Below are positions 1 through 12,740 of a stretch of DNA of 64,000 nt, one piece after another. This DNA comes from Octopus bimaculoides (lineage: Eukaryota). Made by a program: the position numbers and the translations under genes. Where the stretch lies: positions 137,686,590 to 137,750,589 of the forward strand of contig NC_068984.1 of assembly GCF_001194135.2 (NCBI RefSeq), read 5' to 3'. Each line of letters begins with the position of its first letter. The stretch's first letter is position 1. The notes beneath the pieces are model-generated. The model worked only from the letters and a program-made list of their open reading frames with translations. It searched no databases and had not been told where the DNA came from.

Positions 1-217
1 CGGGTGGCACATAAAAGACACCATTTCGCGCGTGGCCGTTTTCGTGCGGGTGACACGTAAAAGCACCCACTACATTCTCTGAGTGGTTGGCGTTAGGAAG
101 GGCATCCAGCTGTAGAAACTCTGCCAAATCAGACTGGAGCCTGGTGTTGCCATCCGGTTTCACCAGTCCTCAGTCAAATCGTCCAACCCATGCTAGCATG
201 GAAAGCGGACGTTAAAC

Positions 218-247
<30 letters not shown>
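1..247 (+). mobile_element. SINE 3' part, GGTTGGCGTTAGGAAGGGCATCC-type family with (GAT)n tail
   Basis: Same body recurs at about 1140-1398, 9200-9460, 9570-9902, 13860-14015 and 14640-14855; ends AAGCGGACGTTAAAC(GAT)n. Confidence 0.8.
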
Positions 248-248
<1 letters not shown>

Positions 249-787
249 TCTCAGATGGCGTAAATTATGATTATATCAGAATTTAATATGGGAAAAAAAA
301 TTGGTGAGTGTATACGTACACACTGACACACTTCACAGTTATGAAGAAACAAAGATGATTCTTCTGAATTAGCTGAAACTTTTCACAACAAATTCTGATA
401 TAATTGGAATCTAGACCATCAAAGAGGTGTTTGTAGAAAATTTCATTAAAACATATCCATTTTTCTGTGAGTAGTGAGGAAAGTAAAGTGTATAGGTATG
501 CTGTTAGCGGCATCTTGTTACCAATCTTAAGATGATTACATATTTTATAAGAAAACAAGGAAGGCGGAATATAAAGAGTAGTGGACAATCAAGCCACTGC
601 CATCGAAAGCCCATGTCTATATGAAAACAAGGGCAGAAACAGTTAAATGCAACAAGCAGTGAAAAACCATTTTCTGATTTGATCGAGCTGAGTTCAGTTC
701 TGTCTTAGGGACTCTCTATCTGGCCAAATGGAACCATGTACATGAAAGGAGTTTTCTGCATGGTGTAAATGTTTGTACACATGCACA

Positions 788-825
<38 letters not shown>

Positions 826-849
826 AATAATGGACTCTCCCGACGTTAG

Positions 850-1115
850 ACGAGGTAGAAGGATTTGACAATTTCTTACCGAACAACCACACAGATGATT
901 TGTTTATAGTGATCGAATGTTTGTGTAGACATAAGCTCACTCCAAATTGAAATTATCTGTACAGGTGCAACTGGGTGCCACATGTCAGATGTCAAAATGA
1001 TTACAGAGCAATGTCAAATGAAGTGCTTTGCTCAAGAACACAACGCAACACTCGATCTGGGAATCGAACCCACGATTTCGCAATTATGAGTGCAACACTC
1101 TAACCACTCAGTAGT
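850..1115 (-). mobile_element. tRNA-headed SINE with CORE-like segment (minus orientation)
   Basis: GCTCAAGAACACAAC and GGGAATCGAACCC (reverse B-box); related to the + copy at 19708. Confidence 0.6.
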
Positions 1116-1904
1116 GCACCTCCACACATACATATGTGTGTATATATTGTGCTCAGCATCGCCTTCCTGGCACATGTAAAGACATTTGAGTGAGATCGTT
1201 GCCAGTGCCGCCGAACTGGCTCCTGTGCAGGTGGCACGTAAAATACACCATTTTGAGCGTGGCCGTTGCCAGGCCCGCCTAACTGGCTCCTGTGCTGTTG
1301 GCATATAAAAAGCACCCACTACACTCTCGGAGTGGTTGGCGTTAGGAAGGGCATCCAGCTGTAGAAACTCTGCCAAATCATATTGGAGCCTGGTGTGGCC
1401 AGAGAAGTTGAATTGTTGGGAATGGTTTTAACTTGGGTCTTATAGTATGCCTGTATATATGTGAGAGTATAGTTTCACTTTAATAGTTTCAGTATGAAAT
1501 TGAAAGTATTTAAGTGAAAGTATCTGACATTACAGTAGCGACATGTTACTGTTTCACTTTTGACACGCAATAGTGAAATAGTGCTCCTGAAAATGGAGCT
1601 AATGGAGCTGAAAAATGTGGGAGTTAAGGCCCCTATTGGGAATCTTTTTAACTTGGGTCTTATATGTATTGTTTGAATTTCTTTGAAATAGGAAATATAT
1701 GTATGTTCACTGGGTTTGTAAAAGAGAGCAAAGCTACAGGAAACNNNNNNNNNNTTTGAAATAGGAAATATATGTATGTTCACTGGGTTTGTAAAAGAGA
1801 GCAAAGCTACAGGAAACCAAAAGACGAATGATCACGATAATCAGTCAGCTACACTAGCCTAGAAAGTCTGTCTTTTATAGATAAGATACACATACATTTT
1901 ATAT

Positions 1905-2350
1905 ATCAGGTGTGGCTGTGTCGTAAGTAGCCAGGTGCAGACATGGCTGTGTGATAAGTAGCTTGGTTACCAACCACATGGTTATGGGTTCAGTCCCACT
2001 GCGTGGCACCTTGGGCAAATGTCATCTACTACATCTTTGGGCCACCCCGACGGAAACTGAAAAAGGCCCATCGTGTATATCAATTTTTTTTCTCCGTGTT
2101 TTTCTCCTTGTCTCCGTATTCTTTCTGTTGAAGAGCGTGGCTCGAAACGTCAAAGACTTTCCGTATTCCTGAGCGTCATACTAATACATTCTTTTGTTAT
2201 TTACACCACCTGTCCTCGTCTGTTGTTGTTTTTTCGTATATTCTCCCATATATATATGTTTGTATGTCTGTTTTTGTCCCCTACAACATCGCTTGACAAC
2301 CAATGCTGGTATGTTTATGTCCCTTTAACCTAGTGGTTCGGCAAAAGAGA
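1905..2350 (+). mobile_element. tRNA-headed SINE (GGCTGTGTGGTAAGTAGC family) with a Penelope-derived insert replacing its central microsatellite
   Basis: Head GGTTCAGTCCCACTGCGTGGCACCTTGGGCAA and tail GCTTGACAACC...GGTTCGGCAAAAGAGACCG flank a foreign segment of about 170 bp. Confidence 0.7.
2120..2156 (+). ncRNA. Minimal hammerhead-ribozyme-like motif with a variant core
   Basis: TCTTT / CTGTTGA / A / GAGC-GTG-GCTC / GAAAC / GTC / AAAGA. Stems I and II pair perfectly; core position 6 is U instead of A. Confidence 0.5.
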
Positions 2351-2469
2351 CCGATTGATAATGTTCCTAGAAGGAAATGACACTGAATTATACTCACTTG
2401 GCTTCTGTCCGGAAGAAGCTGCCTCACACAGCTCTTATGACTGAGTTTTGAAGTAGCTGCTTGGCTGTT

Positions 2470-3545
2470 TAAATGGTGATGTGATATATCTTGACGTAGC
2501 AAAGGCCTTTGAAAAGGTGGACCATGGCATATGTCACAAGCTGCAAGACTTTGGAATAGTAGTAAACTAGAAAAGTGGTTGTATGACTTCTTAAAAGACA
2601 GTAGTCAGGCAGTTGCTAACAATAGTACCTTCTCTGAAGAAACATAAATTCTGAGTGTTGTCCCCAAGTTAACTGTTTTGGAGCCATTACTGTTTATAAT
2701 AGTTCTCTTAAACATGGCCATGGTCACTCAGACAGCCACTGTCACTAGATATGCTAATGATGCAAAATTATCATAGGCAATAAAGAACCTTGATGATGTT
2801 TTCAGCTTACAGTGAGATCCAAATGCAATATACAAGTAGACTGAAGAAAACAACATGCAGTTTAATGCTAAACAAATTTCAAGTACTTTAGTATCAGCTC
2901 ACAGATATATCACAGCCTGCATATACAGAACCCGAAGGTACAGCAATCTCAGAGTGACAGACAGTGGGAAACTTGGTGATCAGTATGTGTAATGTTGCAT
3001 TATTTCATATGCACATTATTGAGATTGGTACCAAAGAGCAGACAATTGGCAGGATGGATACAAAGGTCCTTCAGGACGAGAGACCAAGAAATCATACTAA
3101 CCCCGTGAAAGACCTTTATTCTCGGCTGCCTAGACTACTGCTCTCCACTGTGCCAAACTAACTGTAGAGCTTCAAGTGATGCCACTACATTAAAGAGATT
3201 GTAACAATGCAGCAAATGAAAAACAGGAAGAGGCTGAAAAAAATTACAATCTTACTTCCTGTAGTGAAGATCTGAGAGATATATAGTAATCCCCACATGG
3301 AAAATTCTTGGAGAGCTAGTACCTAATTTCTGCATCAAGTGTTATACAAATACCCAAACTGGATGTCATTGCATTTTACCAAAGGTACCATCTACCCCAT
3401 CTAAAAGTCAGGACCAGGTACTTCAATAGCTTTGGGTTGAAAGGCCCACAACTCTTTAAGGCTCTGTGAAAAACTATTAAGAAAAGTACACAATGTTGAT
3501 GTGAATGTCTTTAAAAAAAGGAACTGGTCATTTTCCTCTCCATGA
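2470..3545 (+). mobile_element. Degenerate CR1/Jockey-like LINE reverse-transcriptase fragment
   Basis: Broken frames give IYLDVAKAFEKVDHGI, a VVP...VLEPLLFII equivalent of SGVPQGTVLGPLLF, YANDAKL (YADD) and EENNMQFN; many stops and frameshifts. Confidence 0.75.
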
Positions 3546-3791
3546 TACCAGAAATCATCATCATCGTTTTAATGTCCATGTTTCCATGCTCACATGGATC
3601 AGACAAAATTTGTCGCGGTTGATTTTCTATGGTTGGATGCCTTTCTTATTGTGAGCCCTTACCTGTTTTTTCTAAGGTAATATTTCCCCATGACCAGACA
3701 TGTTTCCATGGAAACTTAGAAATGGACACTGCGTGGATGAAGGTGGCATTCATTTGCAACCACTACATGATACCAAGGCAAGCAGACAATA

Positions 3792-3822
<31 letters not shown>

Positions 3823-4029
3823 TGTATGATAGTCTTAGAGTTTCTATCAAACAAATCCATTAATAAGGTTTTGGTCAGCGCAGGGCTATGGCCGAAGACA
3901 CTTACCCAAGGTGCCACACAGTGGGACTGAACCCAGAACCATGTGGCTTGGAAGCAGTCTTTCTACTTTATGGCCATGCTTGCATCTATACATGCAGACA
4001 AATATTGACATAAGCACATGTGTAGAAGC

Positions 4030-4900
4030 TATGTATGAGATGGAACTTAAAAGGTAAGAGATACACACCAGTAGAAGCAGCGTATATTGTGAGATACAAC
4101 AGCTCTGTAGTATACATTGCCAGGAAATTATGGATATGGAGACAAGAGCTTCAGGTTGAGGTTATAAAACAGCAGAAGTTTGCTAGGGGACGAGGATATC
4201 ATGAGAGGCTCTTGGAAATTGTGATGAAGTATGTGACATGGGTGGGTCTATCAGCAGACAAGTTTGTGTATTTTGGTGGTTCCATTACTGAAATAAAATT
4301 CCTTCTTCAGATATTCTTCGATGGAGTCTCTATCGAAGAATATCTGAAAAAAGAATTGGATTCCGAAATATCATCGGACTATAGATAACTAAATTACAAC
4401 AGGTATATCGTCCATTTTTGTATTATAGTGCATTGTTGTACCATTCAAAACTTTTCATTCTTTACAAACAATACACAATGCTTCAAGCGAACTACAATAC
4501 TCTCCTATATTTGTTATGCTACCAGCTATCTACACTTGTGTTACCTGGAAAAAGATAGTAATGATCTCTCAGTTTTTGGATATGTTCCATCGACACTGCT
4601 TACATTTGACCCTGGGCATATCTTACCAAGACAGAGCGAGAGACAAAGAAGCGAAGAAAAGAGCAGGCACGGGAAGTTTGCAGTACATTGTGACTATGCA
4701 ACGGATATCATTTACTGGCCATGTGTTTTGATTACTGCTGGAGAGACATGTGGTAGAGTGGACAACAGGAGGAGGAAAACCAAGTAAGATGTGGCACAGG
4801 GGATTACATGATAGTGATGGGAGTTGACCTGGGTGGAGCCAGGAGGAAGGCAAGCAGTCGTCGTGTCTGAAGAAGATTTGTTACCTGTTGTGCTGACAGC
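4030..4900 (+). mobile_element. Degenerate RTE-like LINE C-terminal fragment
   Basis: DKFVYFGGSIT (cf. F.YLGS.I) and LGISYQDRARDKE...QRISFTGHV (cf. I.WQDR..N.EV...RRLR..GHV). Confidence 0.55.
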
Positions 4901-5170
4901 ACTGGAAGATTGAAGAGCTAAGAGAAAGTATGTACGATAGGCCTAACTTTGCATATAGAATCATATAAACACTTTTTTGTTAATAAAGGTGTCTTGTATG
5001 CCATGAAATATGGTGTGTTTCAAATCTACTAAGGAAAGGCATAAACATCACAACAATTATTCTCCATTTCTCAGAAGATTCTCCTGGTTTTGTTGTGAAA
5101 AGTAATTACCAGAAATCCATTCCACTTGATCTATGGCATTAATTTAAAGTTAGCTTTGGAAATGGATATA

Positions 5171-5390
5171 CGAGGGAGTGCTGAAAAGTTCCTGGTTTTA
5201 AAGATATTGTGGAAGGCCTAGTTGGAGGCCCAACCTTGTGAGTTCTTTTACAGGGCTTTGAAAAACTGAAGGACTGCTGCAATAAGTGTGTGAACCTGAG
5301 AGGAAAATTTGTTGAATAAAATCATAATTAACGGATGATCCTCCTGTATTTTATTTTATCCGAAGCTAGGAACTTTTCAACACCATCTCA
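5171..5390 (+). mobile_element. Internally deleted mariner element (MITE)
   Basis: TA|CGAGGGAGTGCTGAAAAGTTCC ... GGAACTTTTCAACACCATCTCA|TA imperfect TIRs with TA flanks. Keeps a mariner C-terminus (GFEKLKDCCNKCVNLRGKFVE*). Confidence 0.75.
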
Positions 5391-5614
5391 TAATTTTAAA
5401 AACAAAAATCAGAAAATTAATTTTTTATGGAATTGTGTATTTTATACCATTGCTCCATTTATTTTGTAAAATTCTTGGTGTGAAATGGTGTGTTGAAACA
5501 TATTGTTATGATTGGGGATGGTCACTTTGCCAATAAGCAGACACTATTTATCTGGTCTTCACTTTAGCTTTATTATTATTATTATTATTATTATTAGCAG
5601 TATATTTAATGTGG

Positions 5615-5825
5615 TGAGCTGGCAGAATTGTTAGCATGCTGGGGCAAAATGCTTAGCTGTATTTCATCCATCTTTATGTTCTGAATTCAAACTCCACTGA
5701 AGTTGACTTTGCCCTTCATCCTTTCGGGGTTGATAAAATACCTACTAGAAGAGCACTGGGGTTGATGTAAACGATTTACTTCCCCTTCCCCTGAACTTAC
5801 TGGCCTTGTGCCAAAATTTGAAACC
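5615..5825 (+). mobile_element. tRNA-headed SINE (GGCGGCGAGCTGGCAGAA family)
   Basis: GAGCTGGCAGAAT...GAATTCAAACTCC...CATCCTTTCGGGG; the most abundant family in the window (more than 20 copies by eye). Confidence 0.8.
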
Positions 5826-6001
5826 ATTATTATTAGTTTATTTGTTGGAGTTCTTTTACCACAAATTCTGTGACCTCTTCAATGACGGTTTTTTTCTGTC
5901 TCCTCTGGTCTTGTCCCATCTCTTAATTTTGAAAAGAATTTTCAAGCATATATAATGATTCATATGATTTGTAACCATTTCTTTTCTCTTTTTTTATACA
6001 G

Positions 6002-6154
6002 CATGGTTCATCTCGGTGCAGGTTATGATCAGTTTAACATTCCTCTTACAAGGGCTGGTTGCTGTTTTCCTTCTATGCGTGCTCATCCATTGCTGTCCTA
6101 TTCATGTCAAACCTTTAATTCTCACGTTATCAAGTATTGTCATGTTTCTCTGTG
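6002..6154 (+). CDS. Internal coding exon of an invertebrate claudin/PMP22-like tetraspan membrane protein (TM2 to start of TM3)
   Basis: Pyrimidine tract then ATACAG| acceptor; 153 nt, phase 1 at both ends; reads (x)WFISVQVMISLTFLLQGLVAVFLLCVLIHCCPIHVKPLILTLSSIVMFLC(G); perfect donor TG|GTAAGT. This frame is missing from the ORF track. It joins in frame to the exon at 15377. Confidence 0.85.
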
Positions 6155-7839
6155 GTAAGTAATTACATTTCATATTCTTCTTTAAAATATCTTTTTCTCT
6201 GTTGTGTGTAGGGGGACAGGCATGCCTGTTTCGTTTAAAGGTTCACTTCACACCCTCATGTTTCAGGTTCATTTCCACTGGGGTACTGTGGCTGTTTTTC
6301 TATTATAGGCCTGGACTGACCAATACCTTGTGAATGAAATTGGTGCACTGTATGGAAGATCATCAACTATCTTTCATCTTTTACCTGTTTCTGTCATTAG
6401 ATTGTGAACATGCTGGGGCACTGCCTTGAAGGGTTTAGTTGAACCGATAAGCCCCAGTCTTTTTTTTTTTTTGTGAATCTGGTACTTACTCTCTTGGTCT
6501 CATTTTACCAAACTGCTTGGGGGATGTAAACAAACTAACACTGGTTGTCAAATGGAGGCAAGGGGACAAACAAAGCTGTACCCACACACACACACACACA
6601 CTCACACACACACACACATGTATTTATAAACAAAAGCAGGTGCAAGTTTTTAAAGTTTCCAATGCAACAGATTTGTTCAAATAATTAAAGCAAAACATTA
6701 AAAAGAAAACACCTAAAATACGGAAATATAGTAAAAATAATAAGGGAAGTTAAACTGAAGGTTGTGGCTATTATTAGCAACATTTTTTCTGCTTGAACTT
6801 TGTAATTTTGCATTGAAGTAACTGCTGAAGTAGAGAAATGGGCGACAGAAAATTATAGTCCTGTTATGCATGACTGGTTATCTAGTTAGGAGCTGCCATA
6901 TTGCACCACTTTCTTAGTGATTAAGTAATGTTAAAGAAAAATAATGTATCGTCTTTTATTTTATTTCATTCTTTGGACTGTGGCCATGCTGGGGCCACTG
7001 CCTTAAAAGGTTTAGTTGAACAGATCGACTCCAGTACTTATATATATATCTATATATTTTTTAAAGTCTGGTACTTATTTTATTGACCTCTTTTGCTGAA
7101 CCACTAAGTTACAAGGACTTAAACAGACTAACAATTGTTCTCAGATGATGGTGGGGGTCAAGCACTACAGAAAGACACCCCCCCCNNNNNNNNNNCACAT
7201 ATACGACTGAATTCTATACAGTTTTTGTTTACCAAATTCACTCACAAGGCATTGGTCATCTTGTGGCTAAAGTAGAAGACATTTACCTGAGGGGCTATGC
7301 AGTGAGACTGTACCTGAGACGACAGGGTTGTGAAGCAAGTTTCTTGACCATACAGCCATGCTAAAATATGACAGTTTATTCCTGTTGTCTCGTTTCAGTA
7401 GTTGATACTCTTTCTACGTCAAGCATTGTTTCATTTCCTCCCTGCGTTTCATTTTCTTTAGCATCGTTTAGCATCCACTTTTCCTTGCTGGTATGGATTG
7501 TAAAATATATTATTTTAAATGTAATATGTCTGACAAACATTTGTTCAGTTAGGTCATTGTAAACTTCATTGACCCTGTTGGAAAGATATTATTTATTAGA
7601 ATTAAGCAAATGCTTCTTGGTACAATTGAATTAACAGGACATAAAAGCAGTCACATATGGACATTGTAAATATGTGGATTGTACCCTCGTATGTCATGAA
7701 ATGAATGCATTATCAATAAAAAGCCAGCTGTGTTATTAAACTTTTGGATGTCTGTAGAGAAGAAAATAGCTGCCAACTGTTACAACCCGGCAGTCCCCAG
7801 CATCTGTTTGTAGCAGGAGAAGGCTCCTGTGTGATATCG

Positions 7840-8035
7840 TGTGGCTGTGTGGCTAAGAAGCTCACTTTGTAGCCCCTTGGTTTTGGGTTCATTTCCGCTG
7901 TGTGGCACCTTGGGCAAGAGTCTTTTACTATAATCTTGGGCTGGCTAATGCTTCTTGCACGAATTTGATTGATAGAAAGAAGCTGTTTTTGTGTAGGTGT
8001 GTGTGTGTATGTATGTATGTCTATCTATCTATCTG

Positions 8036-8132
<97 letters not shown>

Positions 8133-8188
8133 NNNNNNNNNNNNNNNNNNNNNNNNNNNNNNNNNNNNNNNNNNNNNNNNNNNATATA

Positions 8189-8223
<35 letters not shown>

Positions 8224-8304
8224 CCATCTATCTATTTATGTATTTATCCATCTATCTGTGTATCTGTCTGTCTTTCTTTCTTTCTTTTGAAATATGTGTG
8301 TGTC

Positions 8305-8361
<57 letters not shown>

Positions 8362-8500
8362 CTATAAATATATGTGGATGTTTCTTCCTTACTGCTTGAC
8401 AACTGGTGTTGGTTTGTTTACAGCTCTGTAACTTAGTAACTCAGCAAAAGAAACCGATAAAAAAATGTACCAAGCTTAAAAACAAAAGTAATAAATAAAT
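7840..8500 (+). mobile_element. GGCTGTGTGG-family SINE with an expanded internal (ATCT)n microsatellite
   Basis: SINE head at about 7840-7950, (ATCT)n at about 8020-8350 with a gap, tail at about 8390-8480. Confidence 0.7.
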
Positions 8501-9569
8501 ACAGGGATAGATATCCTTAAAGGTGATGCCCCACCATGAATGCTGTCCAATGATTAAAACAAGTAAAAGAAAAGTTGTAGAAACATAAATGAAATCTGTA
8601 ATCTCTATCGATTTTTGATTACAATAATTAATTGTATGCAGTTCACATTTATAGTCAATCTCAAAGTAACTTTTGCAGAATAACTTTCAAGGCTTAAGAA
8701 TCCCTGGAAATGGCTTTCTGCTAAGGGCAGACTTTGTTGTATTGCAAAGAAATTCTATAAAAGATCACTAGGTTTCTAGTAGGTATAGGACATCCTTTTT
8801 ATTAAGTTCTATGGAAGGATTATTATATTTGTGGTGTTAAGGTGAAGGAGTGCCCCCTATTGTCTTGTGACAATAGGGAGATTCTTTCACCTTCGTATTG
8901 CAACTACCAATAATACATGTGTAAAACTTTACATAAAGAAAAAGCCAGCCCCTTGTTTAGTAACGACTGATTGACCTTTGTAAGGATTTCTTTCTAGAAA
9001 AATGAAATCTGTCCCCAGAAGACAAACCTCTTTGTTCTTTGTTACCAATTCTTTGTGAGACTGAGAAAGAAAAATTGTGTTAACCCTTTAGCATTCAGAT
9101 TATTCTGTTGAGCATAATGCCTATTTATTCAAATTGGTTTGAATTAATCATGCTGCTTCTAGCTTTTAGTGATGTGATAGTATATTTTTAGAACGACATG
9201 TCCCTGGACTGGCTTGTGCGGGTGGCACATAAAAGACACCATTTCGAGCGTGGCCATTGCCAGTATCTCCTGACTGGCCTTCGTGCAGGTGACACGTAAA
9301 AGCACCTACTGCACTCTCTGAGTGGTTGGCGTTAGGAAGGGCATCCAGCTGTAGAAACACTGCCAAATTTAGATTAGAGCCTGGTGTTGCCATCCTCAGT
9401 CAAGTCGTCCAACCCATGCTAGCATGGAAAGCGGACGTTAAACGATGATGATGATGATGATTGTATGGTAGGTGTGAGAAGCTGAATTTGGTCAGTTTGT
9501 ACATAAAACAAGTAGAATATTTAGACCTGAACTGGCTTGTTTAGTTGCTAAAGGGTTAAACACAGTGCC

Positions 9570-9902
9570 CCCCCTGACTGGCTCCTGTGCCAGTGGCATG
9601 TAAAAAGCACTATCCGAACGTGGTCGATGCCATGTCTGCTTGACTGGCTCCCATGCCAGTGGCACGTAAGAAGCACCAATCAATCATGGCTGTTGCCAGT
9701 ACCCCCAGACTGGCTCCTGTGCCAGTGGTACGTAAAATGCACCCACTACACCCTTGGAATGGTTGGCGTTAGGGTGTCCAGCTGTAGAAACATTGCCAGA
9801 TCAGGTTGGAGCCTGGTGTCGCCTCCTGGCCCACCAGTCCTCAGTCAAACCGTCCAACCCATGCCAGCATGGAAAACGGACATTAAACGATGATGATGAT
9901 GG
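9570..9902 (+). mobile_element. (GAT)n-tailed SINE with a tandemly amplified internal subrepeat
   Basis: GACTGGCTCCTGTGCCAGTGGCA(C/T)GTAA occurs three times before the family body. Confidence 0.75.
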
Positions 9903-9904
9903 TA

Positions 9905-9939
<35 letters not shown>

Positions 9940-10465
9940 TATATATATACATACATACATATGTATGTATGTATGTATCACTGTTTTATTGTCTACTTTT
10001 CTGTGTTGGCATAAATCAGACAAAATTTGTTGAGGCTGATATTTATAGTTGGCTGCTCTGCTGTTTGCCAGCCCTCATCTGTTCCCAAACAATGTAATTA
10101 TTTCTCCATGTTCAGACATGTTTTCACAGAATCTTATGAAGAAAGGATACTGACCTCCTGACAGTGACATTACTTTATAGCTAATGTGCAATGTCAAACT
10201 AATACCACACACACACGCACGCACGCACGCNNNNNNNNNNNNNNNNNNNNNNNNNNNNNNNNNNNNNNNNNNNNNNNNNNNNNNNNNNNNNNNNNNNNNN
10301 NNNNNNNNNNNNNNNNNNNNNNNNNNNNNNNNNNNNNNNNNNNNNNNNNNNNNNNNNNNNNNNNNNNNNNNNNNNNNNNNNNNNNNNNNNNNNNNNNNNN
10401 NNNNNNNNNNNNNNNNNNNNNNNNNNNNNNNNNNNNNNNNNNNNNNNNNNNNNNNNNNNNNNNNN

Positions 10466-10498
<33 letters not shown>

Positions 10499-12659
10499 TA
10501 TACACGCCCACATAATATACGCACTTATATAATATACACAGATGCACATAATACACATATAATATACACATGCACATAATGGGTTTCTTTTCAGTTTCCT
10601 TCCACCAAATTCACTCCTAAGGCTATGTTTAGCCCAGGGCTAAAGAAGACAGCTGCCTAAGGTGCTGCATAATAGGAACCATACAGTTGTGTAATGAAGC
10701 TGCTTAACCACACAGCTATTTCTCTACTTGTCCATCCATCCATCCCTCCAAGTATTTCACTTTTTCTACTTGTAGCAGCAGTAGGAGTAGTGTGAGGGTG
10801 CATGACCTAGTGGTTAGGATGTTGTACTCATTATCATGAGATCGTGGTTTCAATTCCTGGATCGGGTGATGCATCACACTCTTGAGCAAAACAGTCCGTT
10901 TCATGTTGCTCTGCTATCACTTCGACACCTGACATGTGGTACACTGTAGGCCTGCCCAGACAGCATCATTTTGATAGAGTGACTGAGCTAATCATACACG
11001 CTCTTAAACATACACATCCTTATGCTTAAACATACATACTCTTAAATATACACACTCTTAAACGTATACACTCTTAAACATACATGTATATACCTTTGTT
11101 TCAGCCATTAGACCTTGAAGAATTTTAGTCGGAGGATTTAACCCCAGTACTTTTCTTTTTAAACCCTGTTAATTATTCTATCAGTCTCTTTTGCTAAACC
11201 ACTAAGTTACAGGGATATAAACACACCAGCACTGGTTGTCATGTGTTAGTGGTACATACACACACATTCACACACACACACACGCACGCACACATGCACA
11301 CCCACACATACACTCACACACATATACACAATGGGCTTCTTTCGGTTTCTTATTTCTTTACTGCCCACAAGAGGCTAAACATAGAGGAGGACAGACAAAG
11401 GGACTAAGTCGATTACATCGACCCCAGTGCGTAACTGGTACTTATTTAATCGACCCCGAAAGGATGAAAGGCAAAGTTGACCTGGGCGGAATTTGAACTT
11501 GGAACGTAACGGCTGACGAAATACTGCTAAGCATTTCATCCGGTGTTCTAACATTTCTGCCAGCTTGCTGACCTTTCTTTCAGTTTCTGTCTACCAAATC
11601 CACTCACAAGGCTTCAATTGGCTGAAGCTACAGTAGAAGACACTTGCCCAAGGTGCCACACAGCGGGACCACACCTGCACCTGTATATGTGTCTGTGTAT
11701 ACATGCACATCCATCCATCCATCCATCCCTCCTTCCCCCGTTCAAAGCTAATGCTGTAGATATTGAAAGATTAAGTCCCTGTTGATATTGATAGTCTGCC
11801 TGAAGAATGTGTAGCTGTGGTAGCTGCTTCTGAAGCTTCAAATGGATTGCATTTAGTAAAGCTGTTGGTTTCTGTGTTGTCTTGTTGAAGGATGTGTAGC
11901 TTGTGTCTACTATCTGTGAAGCTGCAAATGGCTTGTGGCTACTCATGTTGCATGCCTGTTCATGTATCTCTGTTCATGCTATTTGTTGGAATTACTTTGG
12001 TCTTTGTTTTTGTTGTTTTAGTCAGTGGACCTGTGGCCATGCTGGGGCACCGCCTTGAAGAGTTTAGTCAAACAAACCACCCCACTGCGTATTTTGTCAG
12101 TGCTTGATACTTATTAGTTGGTTTCACTGAACTACTAGGTTATGGGGATGTAAGCAAACCAACACTGGTTGTCAAGTGGTGGTGGTGGTGGACACACACA
12201 CACATACATACACACACACACATGCACACACATGCACACATACAGACACACACACACATACAGACACATACACACATGCACACACGCGCACACATATGCA
12301 CACACACACACACACGCACACACACACACACACACACACACGCGCGCACACACACACACAAACAAACATACGTATATATACATGAGTTATCATGCAATTT
12401 TGTCCGCAAAATTCACTCACAAAGGAAAAGTTGACCCGGAGCTGTGGCTGAAGTTATATGCCCAAAGTGCTGTACAGGAGGACTGAACCGCAAACCATGT
12501 GCTCGCAAAGTGAGCTTCTTAACTGAGTGTAAACTTCTTAACTTGTGTCATGTCGAGCCAAACCGTCCTGTTAAAACTGATTGTGTGTGAGCTCTCTACA
12601 GGAATTGGGAGTGACTTTATGGCAGGGCCACAAGACTAGTCAAATTGCATCAGAGTTAT

Positions 12660-12660
<1 letters not shown>

Positions 12661-12737
<77 letters not shown>
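12661..12737. repeat. (CA)n microsatellite
   Basis: Near-pure CA run. Larger compound CA tracts also lie at about 12190-12380 and 28150-28625. Confidence 0.95.

Positions 12738-12740
<3 letters not shown>

Noticed and set aside
283-588. 101-aa minus-strand ORF
   Set aside because: No recognisable domain or convincing splice signals; possibly an old transposon relic.
1682-1817. 63-bp direct repeat on both sides of a 10-N gap
   Set aside because: Typical unmerged contig overlap, so an assembly artefact.
4035-4388. 117-aa ORF as a host gene
   Set aside because: Better explained as a decayed RTE-like LINE frame containing a local inverted repeat.
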